Counted from the first letter of the stretch, positions 9,533-19,401 are shown. The stretch is DNA of 64,000 nucleotides from an archaeon GW2011_AR19 (GCA_000806015.1 JWKY01000001.1:43569-107568), one strand, 5' to 3'. Made by a program: numbers and translations. Notes: generated by a model from the letters alone, not told the origin.

Positions 9533-10678
9533 ATGAAAAAGCAAATAGTTTTTATAGAGTATTTTCCAACGATAAATGGATATAAGATAGCTAAAGGTCT
9601 TAAGAATACCGGAAAGTATGAAACAGTTTTAATATCTTTTAATAAAGTTGATAAAAAATTTTTTGGAATTGCTTATGATAAAATTATTAATTTAGAAATA
9701 AGTCAGAAAATTAATCTTAAAAATTTGTTCTTTTTTATTAAGAAAATATTTAGTAAAGAGGGGTCAAAGTTCTTTGCAGAAATAAAATCTCTCCATCCAT
9801 ATATTGTTCAAGTTAATAATTTGGATTTATTAACCAGGCTCTCTCTTTTTTTAATTGATGCAAAAGTTCCAAAAATTTATTATGCTTATGATATTCTTGC
9901 ATTTTACAGGAAAAAGTTTAGTATGCGGGAAAATTTTCTAAAAAAAATTGAAAAATATTATTTTAAAAATATGGATGGAATATTACATAAAGGTCCAAAA
10001 GGAGAGCTGGAATTTTTAGATTATTCAGTAAATGCTCCTGATTTAGCCTTGCTTCCAGGATGCTTGGAAGATTGGACTCATGTTCCTAAAAAAAAGAATA
10101 TGAAAGAAATTCACCTTGCTGTTGCTGGACCTCCGCTTGAAGGCAGTTATTATCTCCACTCCTTTAAAGACATAATAAAAGAGATTACCTCTCAAAAAAT
10201 CCATTTGCATACTTATGGAAAATCTCTTTTTAATGACGAGTATTTTTTAAATGAACAAAAAAATAATTTTTATTTTCATTATCATGATAAAATTAATCCA
10301 AAAGAACTGAATAAAGAAATTTCTAATTATCAATATGGCATAGTCCTTGATTTTTTTAACAAATTAATTAATCCTTTATGGTTAAAAACTTCTATTGGTA
10401 ATAAGATGTATAATTATTTGGAAGCAGGCTTGCCAATAATAATGACTAATGATCTCAAGGCTATGACGGAGATTGTTAAAAAACATAAACTTGGAATTGG
10501 TATTGATTACAAAGATATTAAAGAATTAAAAAATATTTTAAGTAAGCTGAATTATGAAAAACTTCAAAAAAATGTAAAGATAGCTCAAAAAGAATTAAGC
10601 ATAACTAATCTCGTCAAAGAATTGGAAAGTTTTTATGAAAAAGCAGCTGAAAGCAAAAATAGGAAATTTGCCAAATGA
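9533..10678 (+). CDS. GT-B fold glycosyltransferase (GT4-like)
   Basis: C-terminal NKMYNYLEAGLPII motif; 381 aa; sugar-locus context. Confidence 0.8.
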   Translation: MKKQIVFIEYFPTINGYKIAKGLKNTGKYETVLISFNKVDKKFFGIAYDKIINLEISQKINLKNLFFFIKKIFSKEGSKFFAEIKSLHPYIVQVNNLDLLTRLSLFLIDAKVPKIYYAYDILAFYRKKFSMRENFLKKIEKYYFKNMDGILHKGPKGELEFLDYSVNAPDLALLPGCLEDWTHVPKKKNMKEIHLAVAGPPLEGSYYLHSFKDIIKEITSQKIHLHTYGKSLFNDEYFLNEQKNNFYFHYHDKINPKELNKEISNYQYGIVLDFFNKLINPLWLKTSIGNKMYNYLEAGLPIIMTNDLKAMTEIVKKHKLGIGIDYKDIKELKNILSKLNYEKLQKNVKIAQKELSITNLVKELESFYEKAAESKNRKFAK

Positions 10679-10752
10679 AAGAAAAATTAAAAATAGATAG
10701 TAGATATTAAAAAAGATTAAAAACCCATTATCCAATAATATTTTTGTATAAA

Positions 10753-11613
10753 ATGGAGAAAATCTTAATTACTGGGGGCAGCGGGTTCATTGGTTCGCAC
10801 TTATCTGAATTTCTTTTAGGTCGAAACTACAAACCAGTAATATTTGATGCTAAAACTCCTCCATCTAATGGTATAGAATGTTATCTTGGAGATATAACTA
10901 AAAAAAATTCATTAAAGGAAATTCCAGAAGTCGACGGAATTGTTCATCTTTGCGCAATAAGCAGAGTTAAAGATGCTTTTGATAATCCTGCTCATTGCAT
11001 GGATATTAATCTAATGGGAACTATAAATATTCTTGAATTTGCAAGAACCTCTAAAAAAAATCCATGGGTCTTAATTGGAAGCACAACTGAACCCCCTAAA
11101 AATATTTACGGAGTTTCAAAACATCTCGCTGAACTTTGCGCTGAAACATATTCGCGAGAATATAATTTAAATATTTCTGCATTGAGATTTGGTACAGTTT
11201 ATGGATCACCCAGAGACAACCAAGATAGATTAATACCTCGTTGGATAGAAAATGCCAAATCTGGCAAAGAAATCATAGTAGACAACCCTGCAAGGCAGTT
11301 TGATTTTATTTATATTGATGATGTGATTGAAGGAATTTTTAGAGGCATAAATTATGTGAATTATGGAAGACCCTTTGAAGCAATTCCAATATGCACTGGA
11401 ACTCCGACTAATTTAGGAGACTTAGCTAAGATAATAGTTGAAGAAGCGCAATCACCATCTAAAATTATTTCTAAAGACGCGCATCAAGAATATTTCATTC
11501 AGCCAAATCCTGAAAAGGCAAGGAACTTACTGGAATTTGAAGCAAAAACTTCTATGCGCGAAGGAATTAGAAGATTGTTATCAGTTGATTTACTAAATTA
11601 TGTTGAAAGCTAA
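10753..11613 (+). CDS. NAD-dependent epimerase/dehydratase
   Basis: ITGGSGFIGS, YGVSK, RFGTVYG, DFIYIDD. Start moved to the ATG at 10753. Confidence 0.88.
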   Translation: MEKILITGGSGFIGSHLSEFLLGRNYKPVIFDAKTPPSNGIECYLGDITKKNSLKEIPEVDGIVHLCAISRVKDAFDNPAHCMDINLMGTINILEFARTSKKNPWVLIGSTTEPPKNIYGVSKHLAELCAETYSREYNLNISALRFGTVYGSPRDNQDRLIPRWIENAKSGKEIIVDNPARQFDFIYIDDVIEGIFRGINYVNYGRPFEAIPICTGTPTNLGDLAKIIVEEAQSPSKIISKDAHQEYFIQPNPEKARNLLEFEAKTSMREGIRRLLSVDLLNYVES

Positions 11614-12043
11614 TTCATATAAAATGGAAAATTATAAAAAATCAGTCAATGCAATTTTAGTTAATTCTAAAAAACAAATTCTTCTTCACCTTAGAGATGA
11701 TAAGCCTGGAATACTTGCTCCAGGATGTTGGGCTTTTATTGGGGGAGGTGTTGAAGAAGGAGAAAGCGGACCGGATGCAATTAAACGGGAAGTAAAAGAG
11801 GAAATAAATTATTTAATAAATGATTTTCAATATTTGGATAAAATTTATTTTAGGAAATATAAAATGGATGTCTTAGTTTATATTGGAAAATTAGATGCGC
11901 GTGAGGATGAGATTAAACTTACTGAAGGCCAAGGCGTAAGATTTTTTTATCCAGATGAAATAAAAAAACTTAAAATGTCTAATCTTCTTAAGAAAATAAT
12001 TTTCAGAAATTTAGAGAAAATTATTTTTGCAGCAAATAATTAA
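11600..12043 (+). CDS. NUDIX hydrolase
   Basis: Nudix box GGGVEEGESGPDAIKREVKEEIN. Confidence 0.9.
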   Translation: MLKANSYKMENYKKSVNAILVNSKKQILLHLRDDKPGILAPGCWAFIGGGVEEGESGPDAIKREVKEEINYLINDFQYLDKIYFRKYKMDVLVYIGKLDAREDEIKLTEGQGVRFFYPDEIKKLKMSNLLKKIIFRNLEKIIFAANN

Positions 12044-12238
12044 AAATTTTATGAGAAATTTTATTATTTATAGATGATTGACGCATTTTAGCAAACTGTG
12101 AAATATTACATCAAATTCAAGCAATAAAAGAAATAGTTTTTAAATCACAATAATCTTTTTAAACAATTTTTGCCCAAAAATTAAACTCAATAAAAATGAA
12201 AAACTATAAAATCCTCGTTATAAAAACTTTTAAAGAAA

Positions 12239-13948
12239 ATGGCTTCAAAAAATAATCTTTTGGGAATTTGTGCTGGTGGTCCCAGCGGGGCTGCATTATT
12301 TCAAAATGAAAAATTGACATTAGCAGTCAATGAAGAAAGATTTACTGGAATCAAATTAGATCGGTCTTATCCCCATAATTCTATAAATTGGTGTCTTAAA
12401 GAGTCAGGATTGTCAAATAAAGATATAGACGCTATTTGTTATGGCTTCTCAAATGGAATTGAGCAGGGAGATTTTATGGCATCCATGATAAAAAGAATTT
12501 ACGAATATTCTGATAATCCCAAATCCTTAAAAGCGATATGTGAACGGCTTAGCGTCGAAGCTGAAGTTGACTCTAAAAAAAGAAAAAGTTTTTATGAAGA
12601 AACATCTAAAATTTTTTCAGAAGTTCCTATTTATTCCTGCTCTCATCATCAAGCGCATCAAGCCTGCGCGTATATGGCCTCTCCTTTTAAAAAGGCGCTT
12701 GTAATAACTTCTGATGGAAGAGGGGATTTTGAATCATTAACAGTTAGCGCCGCAAATTCAAAAGGAATTAATAAAATTTATAGCGCCTTTAGCTGGGAAA
12801 GTTTGGGATATTTTTATGGACGAATAACTCATTTATGCGGTTTCAAACCAGAACGGCATGAAGGAAAGATCCTTGGATTATCTGCGCATGGAAACCCAAA
12901 AATAGCAAAAAAGTTAATAGATAAAATGGTGGACATTAAAGATGGAAAGATATGCACTTTTCCAGGAGATTTTTATACGCCTTTTTTTACAAACTATTCC
13001 AAACGCTTAAAAAAAGAAGCTTCTGAATTTTCTAGAGAGGATTTAGCAGCAGCCACTCAATTAAAGTTAGAGGAAGTGGTTTGTAATATTGTTTCAAAGA
13101 ATGTTCATAAAACTGGTTTAAAAAATATTTGTCTTGCTGGAGGGGTGTTTTCAAATGTAAGATTAAATCAAAAAATTAGAGAACTTCCAGAAGTTAAGGA
13201 TGTTTTTGTTTATCCTAACATGGGAGATGATGGTTTATGCGCTGGAGCAGTATATCATAAATTATTATATGAACATAAAATTTCCAGCAGTCCAATAAAA
13301 TCTCTTTATCTTGGTCCTAAAATTTCTAATGATGTTCTTTTATCTACTTTGAACAAAAAAGGGTTTAAAGTTGAAAAACCAGATAAGTTATACGATTCTA
13401 TTGTTAAGCTTTTAGAAGAAGAACAGGTCATAGCTTTAGTGCAAGGAAGAACCGAATTTGGTCCAAGAGCATTGGGAAATCGAAGTATTTTACTAACTCC
13501 TGATTCAGAATCTTTAAGCAATTTTTTAAATAAACGTTTAAATAGAAATGACTTCATGCCCTTTGCGCCGGTTATTGCTTCTAATCTTGCAAAACATTGT
13601 CTTGTGAATTATTCCAAATCACAATTTTCAGCCCGCCATATGGTTATGACCTATGATGTTTCACCTAAATTTAAAAAAAATTCGCCCGCAGTAGTGCACG
13701 TTGACAGCACTGTCCGTCCGCAGGTAGTTTTTAAAGAAGATAATTTATTTTTATATGAATTATTAAATCATTGGTATAATAAAACAGGAAAACTATGCCT
13801 TATTAATACTTCATTTAATTTACATGAAAATCCCATAGCTTCTTTAGAAAAAGATATAATTTATAGTTTTGAATCAAATGCTGCTGATTGTCTTTTATTT
13901 CCGCCGTATATATCTTATCAAAAAGAAATGGAGTTGTCTCTTTATTAA
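12239..13948 (+). CDS. O-carbamoyltransferase (CmcH/NodU/TobZ family)
   Basis: EERF..K, HHQAH, DGRGD, HEGK.LGL, LAGGVFSNV, EFGPRALGNRS, FMPFAP, HVD.T.R.Q, NTSFN.H. Confidence 0.93.
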   Translation: MASKNNLLGICAGGPSGAALFQNEKLTLAVNEERFTGIKLDRSYPHNSINWCLKESGLSNKDIDAICYGFSNGIEQGDFMASMIKRIYEYSDNPKSLKAICERLSVEAEVDSKKRKSFYEETSKIFSEVPIYSCSHHQAHQACAYMASPFKKALVITSDGRGDFESLTVSAANSKGINKIYSAFSWESLGYFYGRITHLCGFKPERHEGKILGLSAHGNPKIAKKLIDKMVDIKDGKICTFPGDFYTPFFTNYSKRLKKEASEFSREDLAAATQLKLEEVVCNIVSKNVHKTGLKNICLAGGVFSNVRLNQKIRELPEVKDVFVYPNMGDDGLCAGAVYHKLLYEHKISSSPIKSLYLGPKISNDVLLSTLNKKGFKVEKPDKLYDSIVKLLEEEQVIALVQGRTEFGPRALGNRSILLTPDSESLSNFLNKRLNRNDFMPFAPVIASNLAKHCLVNYSKSQFSARHMVMTYDVSPKFKKNSPAVVHVDSTVRPQVVFKEDNLFLYELLNHWYNKTGKLCLINTSFNLHENPIASLEKDIIYSFESNAADCLLFPPYISYQKEMELSLY

Positions 13949-13950
13949 AA

Positions 13951-15063
13951 ATGATTTGGAAAGTGCCGTATATTAATCTTGGAAAACAATTTAAAAATTT
14001 AGAAAAAGAATTAACTGCAGAATTTAAAAGAGTGATGAATAATGGAGATTTTATTCTCAGGGCAGATGTAAAAAAATTTGAAGAGAACTTGGCAAATTAT
14101 TTAGGAGTAAATCATGTTATTGGTGTTAATTCTGGAACTGATGCTCTATATCTTTCTACAGATGCTTTAGAAATTAAGTCTGGTGACGAGGTTATAACTG
14201 TTGCTCATAGTTTTGTTGCAACAGCAGCTTCTATAGTTTATAGAAGAGCAAAACCAATTTTTGTTGATATTGGAGATGATTATAATATAAATTCTAATTT
14301 AATTGAAAAAGTAATAACAAAAAAAACAAAAGCAATAATGCCTGTTCATTTAAATGGGCGATCTTGTGAAATTGAGAAAATAATAGATGTGGCAAAAAAA
14401 TATGGGCTATTTGTGATAGAAGATGCTGCTCAAGCACTGGGCGCAGAATATAAAGGAAGGAAAGTCGGAAGTTTTGGAAATCTTGGTTGTTTTTCATTGC
14501 ATCCAATGAAAACTTTAAGTTGTGCAGGAGATGGAGGGTTTATATCTACAAACAATGATTTTTTAGCAGATAAAATCAGAACATTAAGAGACCACGGGCA
14601 AAAGATTAAAGGAGATTATTTATTTTTTGGGCATAATAGCAGACTGGATAACTTGCAGGCAGCAATATTAAATGTTAAATTTCAACATTTGGACGAGTAT
14701 ATAAAAAAAAGAAGAGAAATTGCAGAAAAATATAATGAAGAATTATCTTCACTACCAATAATTCTTCCTCCTGCCCCTTCTAATGAAAAATATTTTGATA
14801 CTTATACTTCTTATGTTATTAGAACAGATAAACAAGAAAAATTAATTAAATTTTTAAGAGCTCAAGACATAGAGTCATATATTCATATTAATCAGCCCCT
14901 ATATTCTTATCCTGGCCTCAATTTAAAAAATTTTCATTTGAAAAATAACGAAAAAATATGCAAAGAAATTTTATCTCTCCCCATTTATCCTGAAATGAAT
15001 GATAAACAAACTAAATATGTTATTGATTCAATGCATAAATTTTTTAGTGAGGATAGTAGTTAA
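13951..15063 (+). CDS. DegT/DnrJ/EryC1/StrS aminotransferase
   Basis: SGTDAL, PVHLNG, IEDAAQA, FSLHPMKTL. Start moved to the ATG at 13951, just after the carbamoyltransferase stop. Confidence 0.92.
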   Translation: MIWKVPYINLGKQFKNLEKELTAEFKRVMNNGDFILRADVKKFEENLANYLGVNHVIGVNSGTDALYLSTDALEIKSGDEVITVAHSFVATAASIVYRRAKPIFVDIGDDYNINSNLIEKVITKKTKAIMPVHLNGRSCEIEKIIDVAKKYGLFVIEDAAQALGAEYKGRKVGSFGNLGCFSLHPMKTLSCAGDGGFISTNNDFLADKIRTLRDHGQKIKGDYLFFGHNSRLDNLQAAILNVKFQHLDEYIKKRREIAEKYNEELSSLPIILPPAPSNEKYFDTYTSYVIRTDKQEKLIKFLRAQDIESYIHINQPLYSYPGLNLKNFHLKNNEKICKEILSLPIYPEMNDKQTKYVIDSMHKFFSEDSS

Positions 15064-15085
15064 TAATAGAGAAGATGAATAAAAA

Positions 15086-15694
15086 ATGATTTATCAATAT
15101 AAAAATATTAAAATGCATTATGAACCCTGTCTTGACGGAGGCGGTAGAGAGTGTTATCCAGAGTTTTTACAAATTATTCAAGAAAAAATAGGAAAAGTAA
15201 ATAGTGCATTTGAGTTTTGCGCTGGAACGGCTTTTATTGGTTTTTCTTTATTAGCAGATGAAATGTGTGAAAAATTAACATTGGCAGACATAGAAAAAGA
15301 GTCTGTTGAATGTTGTAAAAAAACTATAAAAGAAAATAATTTAGAAAATAAAGCATCAGCATATCATTCTGATTGTTTAAAACAAATACCCGCTCAAAAA
15401 TGGGATTTGGTCGTCGGTAATCCTCCCCACTTTTCAGAACGCCAAACTAATTTGCCGCAAACAATTGTAATTAATGTAGATAAAAATTGGGAAATTCATA
15501 GAAGTTTTTATACAGACATTAGTGAATATTTAAATCCAAATGGTTCAATACTTCTTGTTGAAAATGGCCGGGGCTCTAGCCCAAAAGTGTTTTATGATAT
15601 GATTAAAAAAAATGGATTAAGAGTTGCAGAGGTTATTAAATGCAACTTAAATAGGCCTTCAAAATTTTATTTTATGCTGGTTAAAAAAAATTAG
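15086..15694 (+). CDS. Class I SAM-dependent methyltransferase with NPPH motif (likely an N-methyltransferase)
   Basis: EFCAGTAFIG (motif I), LADI, DLVVGNPPHF. Confidence 0.8.
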   Translation: MIYQYKNIKMHYEPCLDGGGRECYPEFLQIIQEKIGKVNSAFEFCAGTAFIGFSLLADEMCEKLTLADIEKESVECCKKTIKENNLENKASAYHSDCLKQIPAQKWDLVVGNPPHFSERQTNLPQTIVINVDKNWEIHRSFYTDISEYLNPNGSILLVENGRGSSPKVFYDMIKKNGLRVAEVIKCNLNRPSKFYFMLVKKN

Positions 15695-15850
15695 ATAACT
15701 GAAAATTAATTGAAACTTTTTATAACAAAGGTTAAGAGGTTCGCTCTCCCAAATTTTTCTATTTGTTTAGATGGAGTTCCTAATCCTTCGGATAATTTGT
15801 TTGGCTTCGTCGAGAGATAGATTTTTAAGTTTCATTTTTCTGTTTATTCT

Positions 15851-16828
15851 ATGAAACTTAAATTAAATGATCATTTTTTTGCATGGGCTTTTATTTATTC
15901 AATTGGAGCTTTCTTATCTATTTTACTTATAAATTATTTTAGTCTTAATAATAGTTTAATTGGAATCTTTTTGGCAGGAACAACAATTACTTTGTTTTCT
16001 TGGATAATATATTCTTTTTTGTACAAAGATAAATTCAAACTAAGTAAGTGGTTTTTTATTTGGTTATTCACTCACTCATTTAATTTTTGGTTAATTGATT
16101 TAATCTTAAGAAAACTAACATTAACTTATGAAGGATTCTTCTATTTCCTACTCTTTGGTTTAATTTATCATCTTCTTACTTGGGTAATAAAAAATAAAGT
16201 CTATTATAAATTAGAAATGAATAATCCAAAAACAATCGGGCTTGTTCTAATCTTCATTATCGCTTTATTGTTTATATCTTCTCAGTCTTTCTCCGAAATC
16301 CAAACAATAGGAATTAGTGAAACTAATTCTTTAGGTTCTAGCTTAAGTTCCTTAAGAAATCTACTTTCATTCAATCTAAATCTAGGGAACAATTGTCCCC
16401 AATTACCCATTCCTTTACTACCTGATAAAAGACTTTGGGTTGAAGTAATGTCTCAAGAGGAAGGTAATAATTCTTTTGAAGGGTGGAAAGTTAAAAAGTA
16501 TGACTCCGCAGATTTATTTGGCTTTTCTGTAACCCCTAGAATTTATTGTTATCAAGGAAGGGAAGATGGACAAAATCCAAACCACTATTATTGTGGTTAC
16601 TGGGATAATGGGGATAATTGGGATATGAGGGATTTGATTTATATGGAGAAGACATTTATGAATCCAGATGGCAGTCTTGGTAAAACTATCCAAAAAACCT
16701 TTGTAAATGTTTATGATGAAAATGGAAATTATCTTAAAACAATTTGTGGTCTATCTCCCGAAGAGGTAAGTACTAAAAAGTTTAAAGGAAGAATGCGAGA
16801 TTTAGATAGTTTCTTCAGTTTAAAATAA
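15851..16828 (+). CDS. hypothetical membrane protein: about 5 TM helices plus a Cys-containing extracellular domain
   Basis: Hydrophobic N-terminal half; C-terminal CPQ...YC.QG...GQNPNHYYC...TIC. Confidence 0.7.
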   Translation: MKLKLNDHFFAWAFIYSIGAFLSILLINYFSLNNSLIGIFLAGTTITLFSWIIYSFLYKDKFKLSKWFFIWLFTHSFNFWLIDLILRKLTLTYEGFFYFLLFGLIYHLLTWVIKNKVYYKLEMNNPKTIGLVLIFIIALLFISSQSFSEIQTIGISETNSLGSSLSSLRNLLSFNLNLGNNCPQLPIPLLPDKRLWVEVMSQEEGNNSFEGWKVKKYDSADLFGFSVTPRIYCYQGREDGQNPNHYYCGYWDNGDNWDMRDLIYMEKTFMNPDGSLGKTIQKTFVNVYDENGNYLKTICGLSPEEVSTKKFKGRMRDLDSFFSLK

Positions 16829-16829
16829 G

Positions 16830-17015
16830 ATGGCAAGGGAAAAAGAAATAAAACAAAGTGCATTAATTATAATAGCAGCTTTAGCAGGGGCTTTTTTATC
16901 TTTTTTCTTTAGTAAATTTATGACATACAATTTTCCTTTAAATTTAATTTCAATTATGATATACACAATTTTTGTTCTCTTTGTAGTTAAGTGGTTCATT
17001 AAAGCATATGTATAA
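16830..17015 (+). CDS. small 2-TM membrane protein
   Basis: 61 aa with two hydrophobic stretches; starts 1 nt after the previous stop. Confidence 0.6.
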   Translation: MAREKEIKQSALIIIAALAGAFLSFFFSKFMTYNFPLNLISIMIYTIFVLFVVKWFIKAYV

Positions 17016-17017
17016 CT

Positions 17018-17085
17018 TTCTTTTTAGAAAAAGAAGCAAAAATAACGGAACCCCCCATTTTCTTTTTAAAAAAAAGAAACAAAAA
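17018..17085. repeat. Two near-identical T/A-tract hairpins, each followed by caaaaa (possible bidirectional terminator or micro-element)
   Basis: ttcttttt-ag-aaaaagaa (17018-17035) and tttcttttt-aaa-aaaaagaaa (17059-17079), between convergent genes. Confidence 0.55.
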
Positions 17086-17345
17086 GCGGGCGGGCAATCT
17101 CTCAAAATTAAATGGTCGTCGGAAGAAGCCCCACCTGAAAGAAAAATTAAAACTCACGAGGAAATCTGACTTCTGTTAATGCCGATGTTATTAATAACAA
17201 AAAACAATGAGTAAATATTTCTCTTGCTATAGAATCTTTTTAGAAATTTTTTTGAGATATAAATTTTTGTTGGGAGATTAGTTTAGTGTCGGATTTTACT
17301 AATCGCCTTCTTCTATAAAATAATTTATTCCTTTCAGAGCATCTT

Positions 17346-17912
17346 CTATAATCTTTCTTTTGAAGTTACTCTTGTTTCTAAGAAATGCGCTTTTCCTAAA
17401 TTAGACATTTCTGCTAAATCTCTAACGCCCTTTAAGTTAACATCTCGAAGATTGGCATTCCCGAAGTAAGTGCCCTTGAGGTAAGCACTCTGGAGGTTAG
17501 CGCCATCGAGGTTGGCGCCTCTGAAGTTAGCAATCCAGAAGTCAGCATTAACAAGGTAAGCGCTCTTGAAGTTAGTACCCTTGAGGTTGGCATTCCCAAA
17601 GTTAGCATTCTCGAAATTGGCGTTCTCGAAAATAGCATACTCGAGAATAGCCCCTCTGAAGTTAGCATTTCTACCAATTGTGAAAGGTAAATATAATCCT
17701 CTTGCTTTTACATATTGAAGTTGGGAATTACTAATATCGACCGGTTCTTCTTGTAAGTTTTGCGCTTTCAAATACATTTTTAATTCTTGAAATGCACTAT
17801 GCCCACTTAAATCAAATCTTTCTTCAAGAGATATTTTAGAAAAATTTCTTTCTCCACTTAAGAGTTTTACTATGAATTCCTCTCCTGAAACTTTTGTTAA
17901 ACTTTCTGCCAT
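17346..17912 (-). CDS. Pentapeptide repeat protein
   Basis: Tandem A(N/D/Y)(F/L)xx repeats: ANFRG AILEY AIFEN ANFEN ANFGN ANLKG. Confidence 0.9.
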   Translation of the reverse strand: MAESLTKVSGEEFIVKLLSGERNFSKISLEERFDLSGHSAFQELKMYLKAQNLQEEPVDISNSQLQYVKARGLYLPFTIGRNANFRGAILEYAIFENANFENANFGNANLKGTNFKSAYLVNADFWIANFRGANLDGANLQSAYLKGTYFGNANLRDVNLKGVRDLAEMSNLGKAHFLETRVTSKERL

Positions 17913-18020
17913 AATCTTTTTAAAAGCAAATGATATTTAAAGATTTGTATAGATAGATACTATCAAATTAAAGTGATATAATTTTTTCTGACAAATCTGA
18001 TTAAATCCAGTAACATAAAA

Positions 18021-18037
18021 ACCGAAAGATATAAATA
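18021..18037 (+). promoter_or_regulatory. Archaeal BRE-TATA promoter
   Basis: accgaaag-atataaata, about 22 nt upstream of the ATG at 18060 (a short uORF coupled to 18100). Confidence 0.6.
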
Positions 18038-18099
18038 TACTTTTTTATTAAAAATTAAAATGTTTGAAAAGTATAACAAAACGATAAGTAAAAGATAAA

Positions 18100-19401
18100 A
18101 TGTCAAAATCTAAAAAAGTTGTGTTTGCGACAATGCCAAATGATAAATGCCCTAAAGATTGGAGGGCTCCAGATTATTATAAAACGGTAATAGATCCAGC
18201 AAAACATATGCCTTTAGGAATTTTATCTTTAGCTACAAATCTTAAACCAGGACATGAAGTAAAAATCATAGACGCAAGAAGCGATCGATTCACACTTGAA
18301 GAAACTATTTATCGTATTGAGCAAGAAAAACCAGATGTCTTAGGAATGACTGCGCAGAGCATGAGGGCTTATGCTTTAAAAGAAATTCTTCAAAAAACCA
18401 GCGCGCCATATAAAGTTGTGGTTGGCGGTCATGCAAATGAACATCCCGAATTAATTTTAAGTCAGGGAGCAGATGCAGTTTTAGTTGGACAACTTGTTGA
18501 CGTAGAATTTAGAGACGCAGTAGAGACAATGCCAAAAGGAATTATAAGATGCAGCAAGACAAAATTTGAAGACATAAAATTCCCAGATAGAACTTTTGTG
18601 GATGATTATAGGACCTACTTTCCGAAAGATTTTGTCTTTTTCAAAACTAAAAATAGATTGCATATGGTTAGCAGTGTTGGATGCTATCAACATTGTAATT
18701 TTTGTTATATGCCCTTTCATAAAATGAAAAGAAAAACCCCCCCATCTACTGTTGATGAAATGCAGCATTTATATAATCTTGGCGCAAGGAGTGTCCATAT
18801 TCTGGATGACAACTTTGACGTTAGTGCAGGATGGCTTAATGAAGTATTGGATGAGATGGATAAAAGAAATTTTGAGGTGGAATGGAGCGGTAGAGGAGAG
18901 ATAAGGATGGATGACGGGTTAGCAAAAAGAATGTCTGAGCATGGTTTTAAGAGAATTCATGTTGGAATTGAAGCATTAGATGATAATATATTAACAAATT
19001 TTTTCAAAAAAAATTCGTCTGAAAAAAGAATTTATGAGTTTTGTAATACTATGAATAAAAATAATATTGATGTTTTAGGATTTTTCATTATAGGAACTCC
19101 TTTAGAAACAGAAGAATACTTAGATGCTTTGCCTGGAAAAATTAGAAATCTAAGAATAAAACATCCATATATCCAAATTCTTTCTCCAACCCCCCATACA
19201 GAATATTATCGAGATCTGGTAACACAAGGAATATTCAAAAAAGATTATTGGGCAGAATATTTTGAGAACCCAGTTCCAGATTTTGAAATACCTTCTCCCC
19301 ATTCTACAGAAAGATTAAGAGAATTAAGAGAGCGTGTTGACAGTATAGAAAAAGAATATGTGTTGGAGAATGTGGATGGGGATTATGCCTCTATGGATTA
19401 A
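18100..19401 (+). CDS. Cobalamin-binding radical SAM protein
   Basis: N-terminal B12-binding domain (PLGILSLA...VVGGHA), GCYQHCNFC, DDNF, GIE, FIIGTP.ET. Confidence 0.9.
   Translation: MSKSKKVVFATMPNDKCPKDWRAPDYYKTVIDPAKHMPLGILSLATNLKPGHEVKIIDARSDRFTLEETIYRIEQEKPDVLGMTAQSMRAYALKEILQKTSAPYKVVVGGHANEHPELILSQGADAVLVGQLVDVEFRDAVETMPKGIIRCSKTKFEDIKFPDRTFVDDYRTYFPKDFVFFKTKNRLHMVSSVGCYQHCNFCYMPFHKMKRKTPPSTVDEMQHLYNLGARSVHILDDNFDVSAGWLNEVLDEMDKRNFEVEWSGRGEIRMDDGLAKRMSEHGFKRIHVGIEALDDNILTNFFKKNSSEKRIYEFCNTMNKNNIDVLGFFIIGTPLETEEYLDALPGKIRNLRIKHPYIQILSPTPHTEYYRDLVTQGIFKKDYWAEYFENPVPDFEIPSPHSTERLRELRERVDSIEKEYVLENVDGDYASMD

Noticed and set aside
17130..17235. Possible decayed inverted paralog of the 61-aa membrane gene
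   Set aside because: Only weak similarity (IARE...LLITSALT), with no start codon; unsupported without alignment statistics.
17432..17677. Alternate-frame repetitive ORF (LTSR/MLT repeats)
   Set aside because: By-product of the 15-bp periodicity of the pentapeptide repeat gene.
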